A DNA stretch of 64,000 nucleotides, from contig JBBSVN010000011.1 in the NCBI GenBank assembly GCA_038046765.1, positions 1,152-65,151 on the forward strand. Direction: 5' to 3'. Source of the stretch: Candidatus Micrarchaeota archaeon. GTDB taxonomy: Archaea > Micrarchaeota > Micrarchaeia > Anstonellales > Bilamarchaeaceae. The notes below the pieces were generated by a model that saw nothing but the letters and a program-made list of their open reading frames with translations, was not told the DNA's origin and did no database searches. Below are positions 38,099 to 47,400 of the stretch, piece by piece. Both the position numbers and the translations under genes were made by a program. How positions within the stretch are numbered: position 1 is the first letter of the stretch; every line of letters starts with the position of its first letter.

Positions 38099-38527
38099 CG
38101 GCTGGCAAAGTTGATCTCCATGATGTTGAACTTCTTATTTATCCTATCTGGGTTAGTAATTCCTAGCATCGTTTACTAGTCATATTCTCAGAAAATTCGG
38201 CCTTCTTAATCTATAATTTTTTGACAATTTGGGAGATTTACTGGAATATTTAGAAAATTCAACGGGCGTTAAGATAAAATATTCTGTTGGCGGAGGATAT
38301 TATTTTAAGGATTAATTTCTTAGTTCGATAACAATAAAAATACAATTTACTAATTATTTTTCATGCCTAAATCCACTAACTACTTAGTCGTTTCAAATTC
38401 TGAACTTAAAAAGATAAAAAAATTAAGATTAGCCGCTCTAAAAAAAATATCGTGAAGGTAAAACAATAAACATTAATGATTTATGTGCTCAATTAATTAA
38501 ATTCAATAATTTCGAGGTGTTTATAAT

Positions 38528-39064
38528 ATGATTATCGTTATGGGGTTACCTGGAGCAGGAAAGAGTACTTTACTTAAATCATTACAAGCTAAATTAAGCG
38601 ACTATACGTTCCTCAATTACGGAGACCTGATGTTTGAAATAGAAAAGGAAAAAAACTGGGTACAAAATAGAGATGAGATGAGAAAACTTCCAATCGAAAA
38701 ACAAAAACAAGTTCAGGAACTAGTTGCAAAAAAATTGTCAAAAGAAAAAGGAAAAGTACTTCTAGATACTCACTGCGCTGTTTCCACTCCAAACGGATAT
38801 TATCCAGGGTTACCATTTAGTTTTCTAAAAGGTTTAACTGTTGAAAAATTAATTTATGTTACTGCCAGCGTTCAGGAAATCATACAACGAAGGCAGAATG
38901 ATTCAACACGCGTACGAGATGTAGATAATGTAGCTGAGCATGATGATGTGAATAAGAATTTTCTAGCGGCATATTCTGCTTTTACTGGTGCCCCCTGTAC
39001 AATAATTCATAATAAAGAAGGGAAGTTAGACGAAAGCGTTGAAAAAATGATGAAATTGCTTTAA
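38528..39064 (+). CDS. adkA: Archaeal-type adenylate kinase
   Basis: P-loop MGLPGAGKST. About 180 aa. Position after secY. AGGTG Shine-Dalgarno sequence. Confidence 0.85.
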   Translation: MIIVMGLPGAGKSTLLKSLQAKLSDYTFLNYGDLMFEIEKEKNWVQNRDEMRKLPIEKQKQVQELVAKKLSKEKGKVLLDTHCAVSTPNGYYPGLPFSFLKGLTVEKLIYVTASVQEIIQRRQNDSTRVRDVDNVAEHDDVNKNFLAAYSAFTGAPCTIIHNKEGKLDESVEKMMKLL

Positions 39065-39117
39065 TTTCTCTTCTTGTGACACTTTCTTAAATATCTTTGC
39101 ACATCTAATCCTATGTT

Positions 39118-39654
39118 ATGGCAACTAGTGAAATCTGCTTAAGATTAGACGATCCGTTTGCATCTGTAGTTGATGACCTAAGAAATTCTTCATCTGAGGT
39201 TCGGTCACAAGCTGCAAGAATGCTTGGCGAAACTGCAAATCCTGCTTATTTGAAACCGTTACTTGCATCATTAGCTACGACTACTAATCAAGTTGTTGTA
39301 GAGTTAATTGAACCAATAAAAGAGACTGATTTTCGAATATCTGCTCAATTTGCAATAATTGCCATATTTCAAAAATCTGATTCTCTAAGTGATTTGCAAG
39401 AGTTTAAATTGCATTTATTAAGCGCAAAAGAAACTTCTAAATCTGATAAGAAACTTAAAAATGACTCGGATTTTCTTTCCAGAGTCGATTCTCTTATTGG
39501 ATTTTTAGATCAAAGAATAAACTTGTTATCTAGTTTACATACAGCTACCGACACATCTAATTTATCTGTTTTACGCTTAAGAAATTCTAGAGTAGTTCAC
39601 GCCACCATATTTCCTCGAGCCCCTAGATTGGCTGCTATAGGTGCAAATAAATAA
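39118..39654 (+). CDS. Hypothetical protein, possibly with a HEAT-like repeat
   Basis: SSSEVRSQAARMLGETANPAYLKPLL resembles a HEAT/PBS-lyase repeat. Otherwise unassignable. Confidence 0.4.
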   Translation: MATSEICLRLDDPFASVVDDLRNSSSEVRSQAARMLGETANPAYLKPLLASLATTTNQVVVELIEPIKETDFRISAQFAIIAIFQKSDSLSDLQEFKLHLLSAKETSKSDKKLKNDSDFLSRVDSLIGFLDQRINLLSSLHTATDTSNLSVLRLRNSRVVHATIFPRAPRLAAIGANK

Positions 39655-39675
39655 CTTTTCTTACTAATTCTTTTT

Positions 39676-40962
39676 ATGATTGATATTCAAATCCTAAGGT
39701 CGAATCCTGAATTTGTAAAAGATGCACTAAAATTACGTAATGCACATGCTGACATTTTTGTTACTCTAGAGAAGATAATCTCTATAGATCAAAACTGGCG
39801 TAAAGTAAAAAAAGAAGAAGAACTTCTAAGGGCAGATCGAAACAAACTTACTATGGAGATCGCCTCATTAAAAAAAGCAGGAAAAATTGGAAAAGAAGTT
39901 GATCATTTAATCGAAAAATCTGGTATAGTTTCAACACGAATAAAAGAAATTGCACAAGAAACCGCAAAATTGGAAGAAGAAATAAAACAGCATTCATTTT
40001 ATATTCCAAACATAATTGACAAAAGTGTTACAAAAGGAACTAGCGATAAGGACAACGTTGTTGTAAAAACTCACGGTAAACCCGGCAAACACGCTAAAGA
40101 TGTTTTGGATCATCACGTCTTAGGTGAAAAAACAGGCTGGATCGATTTTGATCGTGGTGTAAAACTCGCAGGCCACAGATTTTCTGTTCTATCTGGTCCC
40201 GTTGCAAAACTCGAGCGTGCGTTAATTAATTTTATGCTTAATCTACAAACTACAAACGGATACAGTGAAATGTGTGTTCCGCATTTAGTTAATACTCAAA
40301 CGATTACAAGTACTGGTCACTTACCAAAATTTGCAGAACAGCTTTATAAATGCCCAGATGACGGGCTTTGGTTAATCCCAACAGCAGAAGTTCCTTTAAC
40401 TGGTTTTTATGCTAATGAAATTTTAGAAGAAAAAAATCTTCCAACTAAGTTATGTGCTTATACTCCCTCTTATAGGCGAGAAGCTGGCGAGTACGGAAGA
40501 GATATTAAAGGACTAATCAGACAACATCAATTTGACAAAGTCGAACTAGTAAAACTCTGTACTCCTGAATCTAGTTTTAGTGAATTAGAATCTCTTGTTC
40601 GTGATGCGGAATCTGTTCTTCAAGCTCTTGAATTGCCCTACAGGGTAATTGAACTTTGCACTGCAGATACTGGATTTGCAAGTGCTAAAACATACGATCT
40701 GGAAGTATGGCTTCCAAGTCAAGATACTTATCGGGAAATTTCTTCATGCTCTAACTGTACTGATTTTCAGGCACGGCGTGCTAACATAAAATATCGGGCA
40801 AAAGACGGTGTTAAATTCGTGCACACTTTAAACGGGTCTGGGTTAGCTGTTGGAAGAACATTGATCGCAATTTTGGAAAACTATCAGGATAAAGCGCGTG
40901 GGGTAATCACCATCCCAAAAGTTCTACAAGATTACATGCAAGAGGAAGAAATAAAATTCTAA
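39676..40962 (+). CDS. serS: Seryl-tRNA synthetase
   Basis: N-terminal coiled-coil arm and class II motifs (GHRFSVLSG, YRREAGEYGRDIKGLIRQHQF, TLNGSGLAVGRTLIAILEN). Confidence 0.95.
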   Translation: MIDIQILRSNPEFVKDALKLRNAHADIFVTLEKIISIDQNWRKVKKEEELLRADRNKLTMEIASLKKAGKIGKEVDHLIEKSGIVSTRIKEIAQETAKLEEEIKQHSFYIPNIIDKSVTKGTSDKDNVVVKTHGKPGKHAKDVLDHHVLGEKTGWIDFDRGVKLAGHRFSVLSGPVAKLERALINFMLNLQTTNGYSEMCVPHLVNTQTITSTGHLPKFAEQLYKCPDDGLWLIPTAEVPLTGFYANEILEEKNLPTKLCAYTPSYRREAGEYGRDIKGLIRQHQFDKVELVKLCTPESSFSELESLVRDAESVLQALELPYRVIELCTADTGFASAKTYDLEVWLPSQDTYREISSCSNCTDFQARRANIKYRAKDGVKFVHTLNGSGLAVGRTLIAILENYQDKARGVITIPKVLQDYMQEEEIKF

Positions 40963-41001
40963 AAACGAGCCCATTAAATATTCTATCTGTTAATAAACAA
41001 T

Positions 41002-41700
41002 ATGAATTTTTTGTTTAGAAAACCTAATGCCGAATATTACTATGATGATCAATTTCTCTATGCCAAAAAGGGGGATGAAGTTTACAAACTTGCACTTTTT
41101 GACCAGCATTTTTATAAACTAAGATTAGTCGATGGAATTGCTATTTTAGAAATCGATGGTCTAAGGATGCATTTAGTTAAGGAATTTAAAACTCCTCTTG
41201 AATATTCGCAAGAAGTAGTGAAAAATCTAAAAATTAATGAAGTCGATGTCGTTTTTGATACCTGTTTAGGTTTAGGCTACACTGCACTTGAAGCGAGCAA
41301 ATTCGCACAGCACATTGTTACCTGTGAAATTAGTCAGGCTGTTCTTAGCCTTGCAAAATGGAATCCTTGGAGTAATGGGTTATTTGAGAATGAAAAAATA
41401 GATATTTTTGAAGCAGATTCAAGCGAAAAAATAAATGAATTTGAAACTGGTTCTTTTAGTGTAATTATTCATGACCCACCAAGATTGACTACTGCAGAAA
41501 GTTTATATTCATTAATCTTTTATAAAGAGCTTTATCGTGTTTTGAAAAAAGGTGGAAGGTTATTCCATTATGTGGGTTCTCTTGGCTCGAAAAACAAGGG
41601 GCGTTCAATAGAAAAAGAAGTTGCTAAAAGACTTGAAAGCGCTGGTTTTAAACAGATAAAATATAATCGAAAATTACAGGGATTGTTTGCGCAAAAATAA
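41002..41700 (+). CDS. Class I SAM-dependent methyltransferase (DPPR motif)
   Basis: VFDTCLGLGYTALEA (motif I-like) and IIHDPPR (N-methyltransferase motif IV-like). Substrate unknown. Confidence 0.6.
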   Translation: MNFLFRKPNAEYYYDDQFLYAKKGDEVYKLALFDQHFYKLRLVDGIAILEIDGLRMHLVKEFKTPLEYSQEVVKNLKINEVDVVFDTCLGLGYTALEASKFAQHIVTCEISQAVLSLAKWNPWSNGLFENEKIDIFEADSSEKINEFETGSFSVIIHDPPRLTTAESLYSLIFYKELYRVLKKGGRLFHYVGSLGSKNKGRSIEKEVAKRLESAGFKQIKYNRKLQGLFAQK

Positions 41701-41704
41701 TGCT

Positions 41705-42370
41705 CTATCCAATTGCTTTTGCGATTATTATATAGCTGTCTCCCTCTGTTGTTCGGTCATTATACTGTTCTTTTGTGAGCACTTTAAACGAACCCTCTCT
41801 TTTAATTATCTCAATCATTCTTTCTACTTCTGCTTCATAATAACACGTAATCATTAAAGGAGCATTTGGTTTTACACAGTGATAAAGTTCTGCAAGTATT
41901 TTTTCATATACTTTTGGTATTTTTAAAACGTGTGGGTGGCGCATTAAGGCCAAGTCAAAAGTTTCTTTATCTTCTATTACACCAGCTCGAACTAACTCGC
42001 TATATAATTTTATTGCATTTCCGCTAATTATTTTATGTACTATATCCGCACCAGTTAATCTGTCATCTGTTATCCTTAACAAATCTCTAGCTGTTAGTGT
42101 TACTTCGTAATCAATGTCGATACCAACTATTTTTACTTTATGACTCCAACCAATCATTGCTAAGTAATGTCCAAATGTTGCTAATTCTGGTGCGCCTCCG
42201 CAGCCTATGTCTATTGCCATTGTTTTTTCTCTTCGCTCTCCAAAGACTTCTCTAGTTAAATATTTTTGAAATAGTTTAAGGAAATGTTCATTTCTTTGCT
42301 TTATGCTTGGACTATGAACTGGCTTATAATTTGTCATATTTTTCACACTGTTGCTAAAATAAATACTCAT
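41705..42370 (-). CDS. Class I SAM-dependent methyltransferase
   Basis: AIDIGCGGAPE (motif I) and VGIDID (motif II). Confidence 0.6.
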   Translation of the reverse strand: MSIYFSNSVKNMTNYKPVHSPSIKQRNEHFLKLFQKYLTREVFGERREKTMAIDIGCGGAPELATFGHYLAMIGWSHKVKIVGIDIDYEVTLTARDLLRITDDRLTGADIVHKIISGNAIKLYSELVRAGVIEDKETFDLALMRHPHVLKIPKVYEKILAELYHCVKPNAPLMITCYYEAEVERMIEIIKREGSFKVLTKEQYNDRTTEGDSYIIIAKAIG

Positions 42371-42566
42371 CTATACTATTCCCATTAAATCATGCGAACT
42401 ACCTGTATTCGAACGCGTCAATCGCGCTGCTAGTGAAGTTGTTACTCCTAATAAATTCGCCCGTATCAGTTAATTAGTCGGTTTGGTATAATCTATACTC
42501 TATGTTATAAATAGTGTTACGAATTGCTTTTAAATGTTGGTTTATGTGAACAAGTATCAGCTAATC

Positions 42567-43745
42567 TCAATAAGCATCAATAAATTCGCCATTCTCATAA
42601 ACCAGTTTTCCTTTATACATCGTTCGTACATTTTTGCCTTTAAGTAGTTTTCCTTCAAATGGCGACCATTTACATTTTGTTTCTAGTTCATTTCCTTTAA
42701 CGACCCATTCTTTTTTAAGGTCTATAAATGCAAGATTTGCGTAATACCCGCTTTCAATTCTACCAATATGGGGTAAGTTAAATATCTTAGCTGGATTCTC
42801 GCTCATTCTGCCTGCTATCCAGTTTATGTTCATTAATCGTTTATTATAAGCATCAAGCATTAAGCTTAAACTTGTTTCTAGTCCTGGGAAACCTGCTGCG
42901 CCCGCTCTTTTTTCTTCAAGCGTATGTGGTGCATGATCAGTTGCAATACAATCAATATCATCTAGTTTATTCCATAAATCTTTTCTTTCTTCTTCAGTTC
43001 GTAGGTGAGGGTGAACACCTGATAATTTGCCTAATTGTTCCTGGTCTTTAGTTGATAAAAATAAATGGTGTGGTGCAACTTCATTAGTGTTTCCAGTTCG
43101 TTTAGTAATATCAATTTGTTTTCTTGTTGGAGTGTGAGCTAAATGTATTTTTCGTTTGCATTTTTGTGCGATGCTACATACTTTTTCAACATCATTATCC
43201 TCTGCATGAACAACTATTTTCTTATTAAAATTAAGCATATGTTTTTCTATTATTTTTTCATCAGTAATGCATAAATCTTGTGCCTGCGTTGTTTTAAACA
43301 TGTAAAGTTTTAGCGAATTTGGGTTTGCTTGTTTTATTTCATTAAAATTATTATTCGTACAGCCAAAATGAAATCTTACATCGCATAATGCCTTTTCTGC
43401 TGCCCATTCTTCTTTCTCTTCTAATCTATCTAGTGTAACTGTTGGTTTTGTGTTATTTGGCATATCCATTACTGTAGTTATACCGCCAGCTAATGCTGCT
43501 CTGGTTCCGCTAGTAAAATCTTCTTTATATGTCTGACCTGGATCTCTTAAATGAACATGGACATCGATTAGTCCGGGTAGAACTAGCAATCCTTTTGCAT
43601 CTATAATTTCTGTCGCCATTCGCAAATCATGTTTTTGCGTGTGACCTATACCTAAGATTCGATCTTTTTCAATGAATATGTCTTCTTCTATAAACTGGTT
43701 TTTGAAAAAGATTTTTCCGTTTGTAATAATTTTCATAGTAATCAA
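42567..43745 (-). CDS. pyrC: Dihydroorotase-family cyclic amidohydrolase
   Basis: GLIDVHVHLRDPGQTYKEDFTSGTRAALAGGITTVMDMPN and ...ATDHAPH. Typical of DHOase/allantoinase. Confidence 0.8.
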   Translation of the reverse strand: MITMKIITNGKIFFKNQFIEEDIFIEKDRILGIGHTQKHDLRMATEIIDAKGLLVLPGLIDVHVHLRDPGQTYKEDFTSGTRAALAGGITTVMDMPNNTKPTVTLDRLEEKEEWAAEKALCDVRFHFGCTNNNFNEIKQANPNSLKLYMFKTTQAQDLCITDEKIIEKHMLNFNKKIVVHAEDNDVEKVCSIAQKCKRKIHLAHTPTRKQIDITKRTGNTNEVAPHHLFLSTKDQEQLGKLSGVHPHLRTEEERKDLWNKLDDIDCIATDHAPHTLEEKRAGAAGFPGLETSLSLMLDAYNKRLMNINWIAGRMSENPAKIFNLPHIGRIESGYYANLAFIDLKKEWVVKGNELETKCKWSPFEGKLLKGKNVRTMYKGKLVYENGEFIDAY

Positions 43746-43876
43746 TACTCTATTAATGAAGCGAAAAAGAATAAAAAGTAATTCAATTGGTTAAAATGTA
43801 AAAAAGAAGAAAAAGAAAACACAAGAACAAAAAATTAGAAAGAAAAAAAGAAAATAAACGAAGAAAGAAATCTAAT
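43746..43876 (-). terminator. Oligo-T/pyrimidine-rich tract downstream of EF-2 (minus strand)
   Basis: The plus strand is an A/G-only run (aaaaagaagaaaaagaaaac...agaaagaaaaaaagaaaataaacgaagaaagaaa), which gives T-run clusters on the coding strand. Confidence 0.4.
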
Positions 43877-46069
43877 TTAAGCTTCTAAGAATTCCTGTGG
43901 TGTTGGTGGGTCTGGTTTATCTCCCTTCCTTTCACGAACCTGTCTAACTGTTTTAGGAACCAAATCCTTTGGCATCATATGATACCCAGCATATTCCTGG
44001 TACCAAATTGCCCTGCCTTGAGTTACACCACGTAATTTATTACTAAATCCGAACATGTCTGCTACAGGTAGTAATGTGTTAACTGTTGCGTTTTCTCCTT
44101 CTTGTTGCATATCTAATAATTGACCTCGCATACCGTTACTCATGTTAATTACATCTCCTGCATAATCCTGCAAAGTTTGTATTAACACTTTTTGCTTTGG
44201 TTCTAACAATGTAGTTCCTGCAATTAACATTGCTGCGTATATCGGTCTTTTTATTGTTGGGATCATTTGTGCTGGTCCTCTATGTATGTTATCTTCGTGC
44301 AAGAACGCATCTGTTAAAGTTACTTTTATTCCAGTTACTCTTTCTTTAGCTAATGGTCCTTTGTCCATTGCCTCTTCAAAACCTTGGACTAAAAGTTCTT
44401 CTATTTCATTTAAGTTTTGGATACCCTTTGTTCCGTTTATGAACATACTTCTGCTGTATATGTCATAAATGTTTCTTGCTTCTTCTCTTTCTAAACCTAG
44501 AGACACTAATTTTTCCCAAACTTCTCGTCCTTTGGGTTTACCATTTGGTATTTCTCCATCATCAATTGCTTTTAAAATTTCTGGGCTTAGGGGTTCAACA
44601 GTTACTTTTAATCGGTTATGTTTATTTGGAGATTTTCCTTCTACAACTGGTGACTTACCTATTATTGTTTCCCGATAAACAACTAATGGCGGAGAAGTCG
44701 TTATTTCTACTTTCTTTTCCTTGCTTATTTTGTATTCGATAATTTCTAGGTGTAATTCTCCCATACCGCTAATTAAGTGCTCGCCCGTATCCTGGTTTAA
44801 TTCCACTCTTAAAGTTGGGTCTTCTTTCGAAATCGATCTTAATACTTCAATTAATTTAGCAAGTTCCTTGTTATTTTTCGCTTCAATCGATTTTGTAACT
44901 ACTGGTTCTGAATAGTGTGTAATCTTTTCGAAAGGTTCAACAATTTCAGAACTTATCGTTTCTCCCACGTATAAGTCTTTTAATCCAACAATCGCACCGA
45001 TGTTTCCTGCAATTATTTTTTCTGCAGCTACTCTATCTGGTCCCATGTAAATTCCGATTTGCTGTACTTTAGCAAATACTTTTTTGGAGTTAATATATAT
45101 CTGGTCGCTTTTTACTACTTTTCCTGAAAATAATCTTATTAATCCGACTTCTCCAGCATGTTCATCATAAACAACTCCTACGCATACTCCGATTGTTTTT
45201 CCATTTGGATCACAGCTAAGCATCATTTTTGCCTGTTCACTTTCTAAATCTCCTTTCCATAGGACTGGGATACGATAAGCTTGCGCAAATTTCGGGTTTG
45301 GTAAATGTGTAATGATCATCTCTAAGAGAACTTCATCTAAGGGTGATTTTGCAACTAATCCTGCGTGGTCTTCTTTTGCGCAGTAATCATAAATATCCTT
45401 AAAAGTAATGTTGAATTTTTTCATTGCTTTTATGCTAACTGCCCATTTATTGTAAGCGCTACCAAAAGCTACGTTTCCTTTATCAACTTTAATCATCCAC
45501 TCATCTTTTTTATCTGCTGGAGCGTTCGCTTCGATAATTTTATTTACTGTGTGGATTACCTTAAGTAATTTTTCCTGCATTGCAACGGGATCTAATTTTA
45601 ATTCGTTAATTAACCTATCAATTTTGTTAATGAATAAAACTGGTTTTGCCCTTTCTTTTAATGCCTGTCTTAATACTGTTTCAGTTTGGGGCATAACACC
45701 TTCTACGCTGTCAACTACCAGCGTAATTCCGTCAACTGCTCTCATTGCCCTTGTTACGTGTCCTCCAAAGTCTACGTGGCCTGGTGTATCAATTAAGTTA
45801 ATTAGATAATCCTTTCCTTCAAATAAGAATCCTAATGAAATGTTTGCAGCTTTAATCGTAATTCCTCTCGCCTGTTCTTGCACATCAAAATCCATTACTC
45901 TTTGTTGACCTGCTAATTCCTTGTTAATTAAACCCGCTCGAGCTACTAATGAATCCGTTAAGGTTGTTTTTCCGTGATCGACGTGAGCAACAATTGCGAC
46001 GTTCCTGATTTGTTCAACCGTTTCCATTAATTTTTGTACTTCGTCTACTACAAATTCCTTTCGTACCAT
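43877..46069 (-). CDS. fusA: Translation elongation factor 2 (aEF-2)
   Basis: AHVDHGKTTL, DTPGHVDF, NKIDR G-motifs. 730 aa. C-terminal diphthamide-loop-like HEDNIHRGPAQ. Confidence 0.95.
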   Translation of the reverse strand: MVRKEFVVDEVQKLMETVEQIRNVAIVAHVDHGKTTLTDSLVARAGLINKELAGQQRVMDFDVQEQARGITIKAANISLGFLFEGKDYLINLIDTPGHVDFGGHVTRAMRAVDGITLVVDSVEGVMPQTETVLRQALKERAKPVLFINKIDRLINELKLDPVAMQEKLLKVIHTVNKIIEANAPADKKDEWMIKVDKGNVAFGSAYNKWAVSIKAMKKFNITFKDIYDYCAKEDHAGLVAKSPLDEVLLEMIITHLPNPKFAQAYRIPVLWKGDLESEQAKMMLSCDPNGKTIGVCVGVVYDEHAGEVGLIRLFSGKVVKSDQIYINSKKVFAKVQQIGIYMGPDRVAAEKIIAGNIGAIVGLKDLYVGETISSEIVEPFEKITHYSEPVVTKSIEAKNNKELAKLIEVLRSISKEDPTLRVELNQDTGEHLISGMGELHLEIIEYKISKEKKVEITTSPPLVVYRETIIGKSPVVEGKSPNKHNRLKVTVEPLSPEILKAIDDGEIPNGKPKGREVWEKLVSLGLEREEARNIYDIYSRSMFINGTKGIQNLNEIEELLVQGFEEAMDKGPLAKERVTGIKVTLTDAFLHEDNIHRGPAQMIPTIKRPIYAAMLIAGTTLLEPKQKVLIQTLQDYAGDVINMSNGMRGQLLDMQQEGENATVNTLLPVADMFGFSNKLRGVTQGRAIWYQEYAGYHMMPKDLVPKTVRQVRERKGDKPDPPTPQEFLEA

Positions 46070-46130
46070 GTTTGTTTCACCAATTTTAATATTTTAGATT
46101 GATTTATATTTTTAAATTTAGAAATATTTA

Positions 46131-46319
46131 GAACCAACTAAGCTCTCTTCATTCTACTTACTTAGAATTAGCGCAATGGTTCTAAATGTCGCGAAGAATC
46201 GTCTTCGCGATCATGCTCGAGAAGCGCACTAGACTTCTCGACATAGATCGAGACCGAATCTACAACTTCAACGAAGTTGGAGAGCTAGTAAATGGTTATC
46301 CTGTTCACTAGAATTTTTT
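46131..46319 (+). ncRNA. Candidate structured ncRNA (GC-rich multi-hairpin island); identity unknown
   Basis: TATA-like tttaaattt ~25 nt upstream. Perfect stems 46189-97/46202-10 (9 bp), 46217-24/46234-41 (8 bp), 46244-48/46258-62 (5 bp), 46263-69/46273-79 (7 bp). Possible closing helix agctctc/gagagct. Terminal hairpin 46285-46311 followed by T6. Strand inferred from the terminator. Confidence 0.35.
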
Positions 46320-46408
46320 CTGTTTCGAGATAGCAAAAACTAGCATTTAGGCTAATTTGCACTTATTAGTTATCATAAGTAAAGAATATAAACGTTTTTA
46401 AAGCTCTT

Positions 46409-46654
46409 ATGCGAAGCTTTTTTATGAAACATGGAGTCTTAGCTTTAATGGTATTTGGACTAGTAATTACTTCCCTGTTTGTTGTGCTTGTTGCACATGG
46501 GGATATAACATTGGATCAAATATATGCCGATTCAAATGATTCTATTAACCTATCTAATCAAACAAGTATGCAATTAGAGATTAGCTATTGTTTTTCCAAC
46601 ATAGATTGCCATAATGGTCAGTTATGTAATTTTACTACGGGTGTCTGTGGTTAA
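46409..46654 (+). CDS. Small secreted/membrane protein with a Cys-rich tail
   Basis: N-terminal hydrophobic helix. C-terminal CFSNIDCHNGQLCNFTTGVCG. TATA-like box ~25 nt upstream. Confidence 0.45.
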   Translation: MRSFFMKHGVLALMVFGLVITSLFVVLVAHGDITLDQIYADSNDSINLSNQTSMQLEISYCFSNIDCHNGQLCNFTTGVCG

Positions 46655-46666
46655 TTAATTATGGAT

Positions 46667-47347
46667 CTATTCCTCCCCTATCTGCTCTTCTACTAAAATA
46701 GGGTTTATATGCTGTTCTGGTTCTTCCACTCCTCCAATTTCGTTTTGACTAGTCGTATCTATATTAGCTAAAACTTCGCCAACAGTTTCCCCCTTACTCC
46801 CCTCTTGTATTTCAATTGTTTCTGTAAGTTGGCTCAGGTTTTCGTCTTCAGGTTCTTTTGATTCATCTTCTTTTTCAACCGTTACTAAACTAACCATCAT
46901 TCTAGGCCCCATATAATATCCGTGTGTTGCTGGTGATACATCAAACTGAGAAAGCAGTTCTATTTTCTCTTCATTATTTTCATTACCTGTGTGTTCCTCA
47001 TTAATGTTAGCATCGATTGCAGATACAGGCATTTCATCTGTTGTCTTAATATTTTTTCTAAGTTCTCTTAGAATTTCTCTCAGTTTTAATATATTTTTAT
47101 CTTTTTCTTTTACTGGTTTATCTTGTAAAATATATTTAGAAAAAGGATTGCTTGTTTTCGTTTTTTCTCTAAAATTTCTCAATTCTATAGTTTCTGTCAT
47201 TGTTTTTCTTTCTTTAAAATAATTGGTAGTCAGATAAACGCAACTAAGTAGTCCAAAAACACAAGCGCACTTTCCTGTTTTTTTCATTGCAGGGTATTGC
47301 CTCAACGCGTAAATAAAAATCTGCGTCCCATCTGTTATGTGCCACAC
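46667..47347 (-). CDS. Hypothetical acidic protein with an N-terminal hydrophobic segment
   Basis: ORF only. Start uncertain (an internal Met precedes the KKTGKCACVFGLLSCVYL helix). Confidence 0.4.
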   Translation of the reverse strand: MWHITDGTQIFIYALRQYPAMKKTGKCACVFGLLSCVYLTTNYFKERKTMTETIELRNFREKTKTSNPFSKYILQDKPVKEKDKNILKLREILRELRKNIKTTDEMPVSAIDANINEEHTGNENNEEKIELLSQFDVSPATHGYYMGPRMMVSLVTVEKEDESKEPEDENLSQLTETIEIQEGSKGETVGEVLANIDTTSQNEIGGVEEPEQHINPILVEEQIGEE

Positions 47348-47400
47348 GTTCTAAGTGTAAAGTTTTAAAATACAAGTGAGTAATCACATTCGTGATCTAA

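Noticed and set aside
38125-38140. C-box-like ATGATGT in the secY-adk spacer
   Set aside because: No CTGA D or D' boxes at appropriate spacing on either side, so this is not a C/D box sRNA.
38363-38455. 30-codon ORF (MPKSTNYLVVSNSELKKIKKLRLAALKKIS) in the long spacer
   Set aside because: No GGTG-type Shine-Dalgarno sequence (nearly universal for genes in this window), no recognisable family, and a composition typical of AT-rich noise.
42394-42460. GC-richer patch with a tRNA-like 7-bp closing helix (GCGAATT/AGTTCGC on the minus strand) and a TTCGAAT word
   Set aside because: No D-arm, anticodon arm or T-arm can be drawn. The sequences flanking TTCGAAT (GCG / ACA) do not pair, and the 67-nt length is short. 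It may still be a small hairpin element (cgcg-tcaat-cgcg), but it is not a tRNA.
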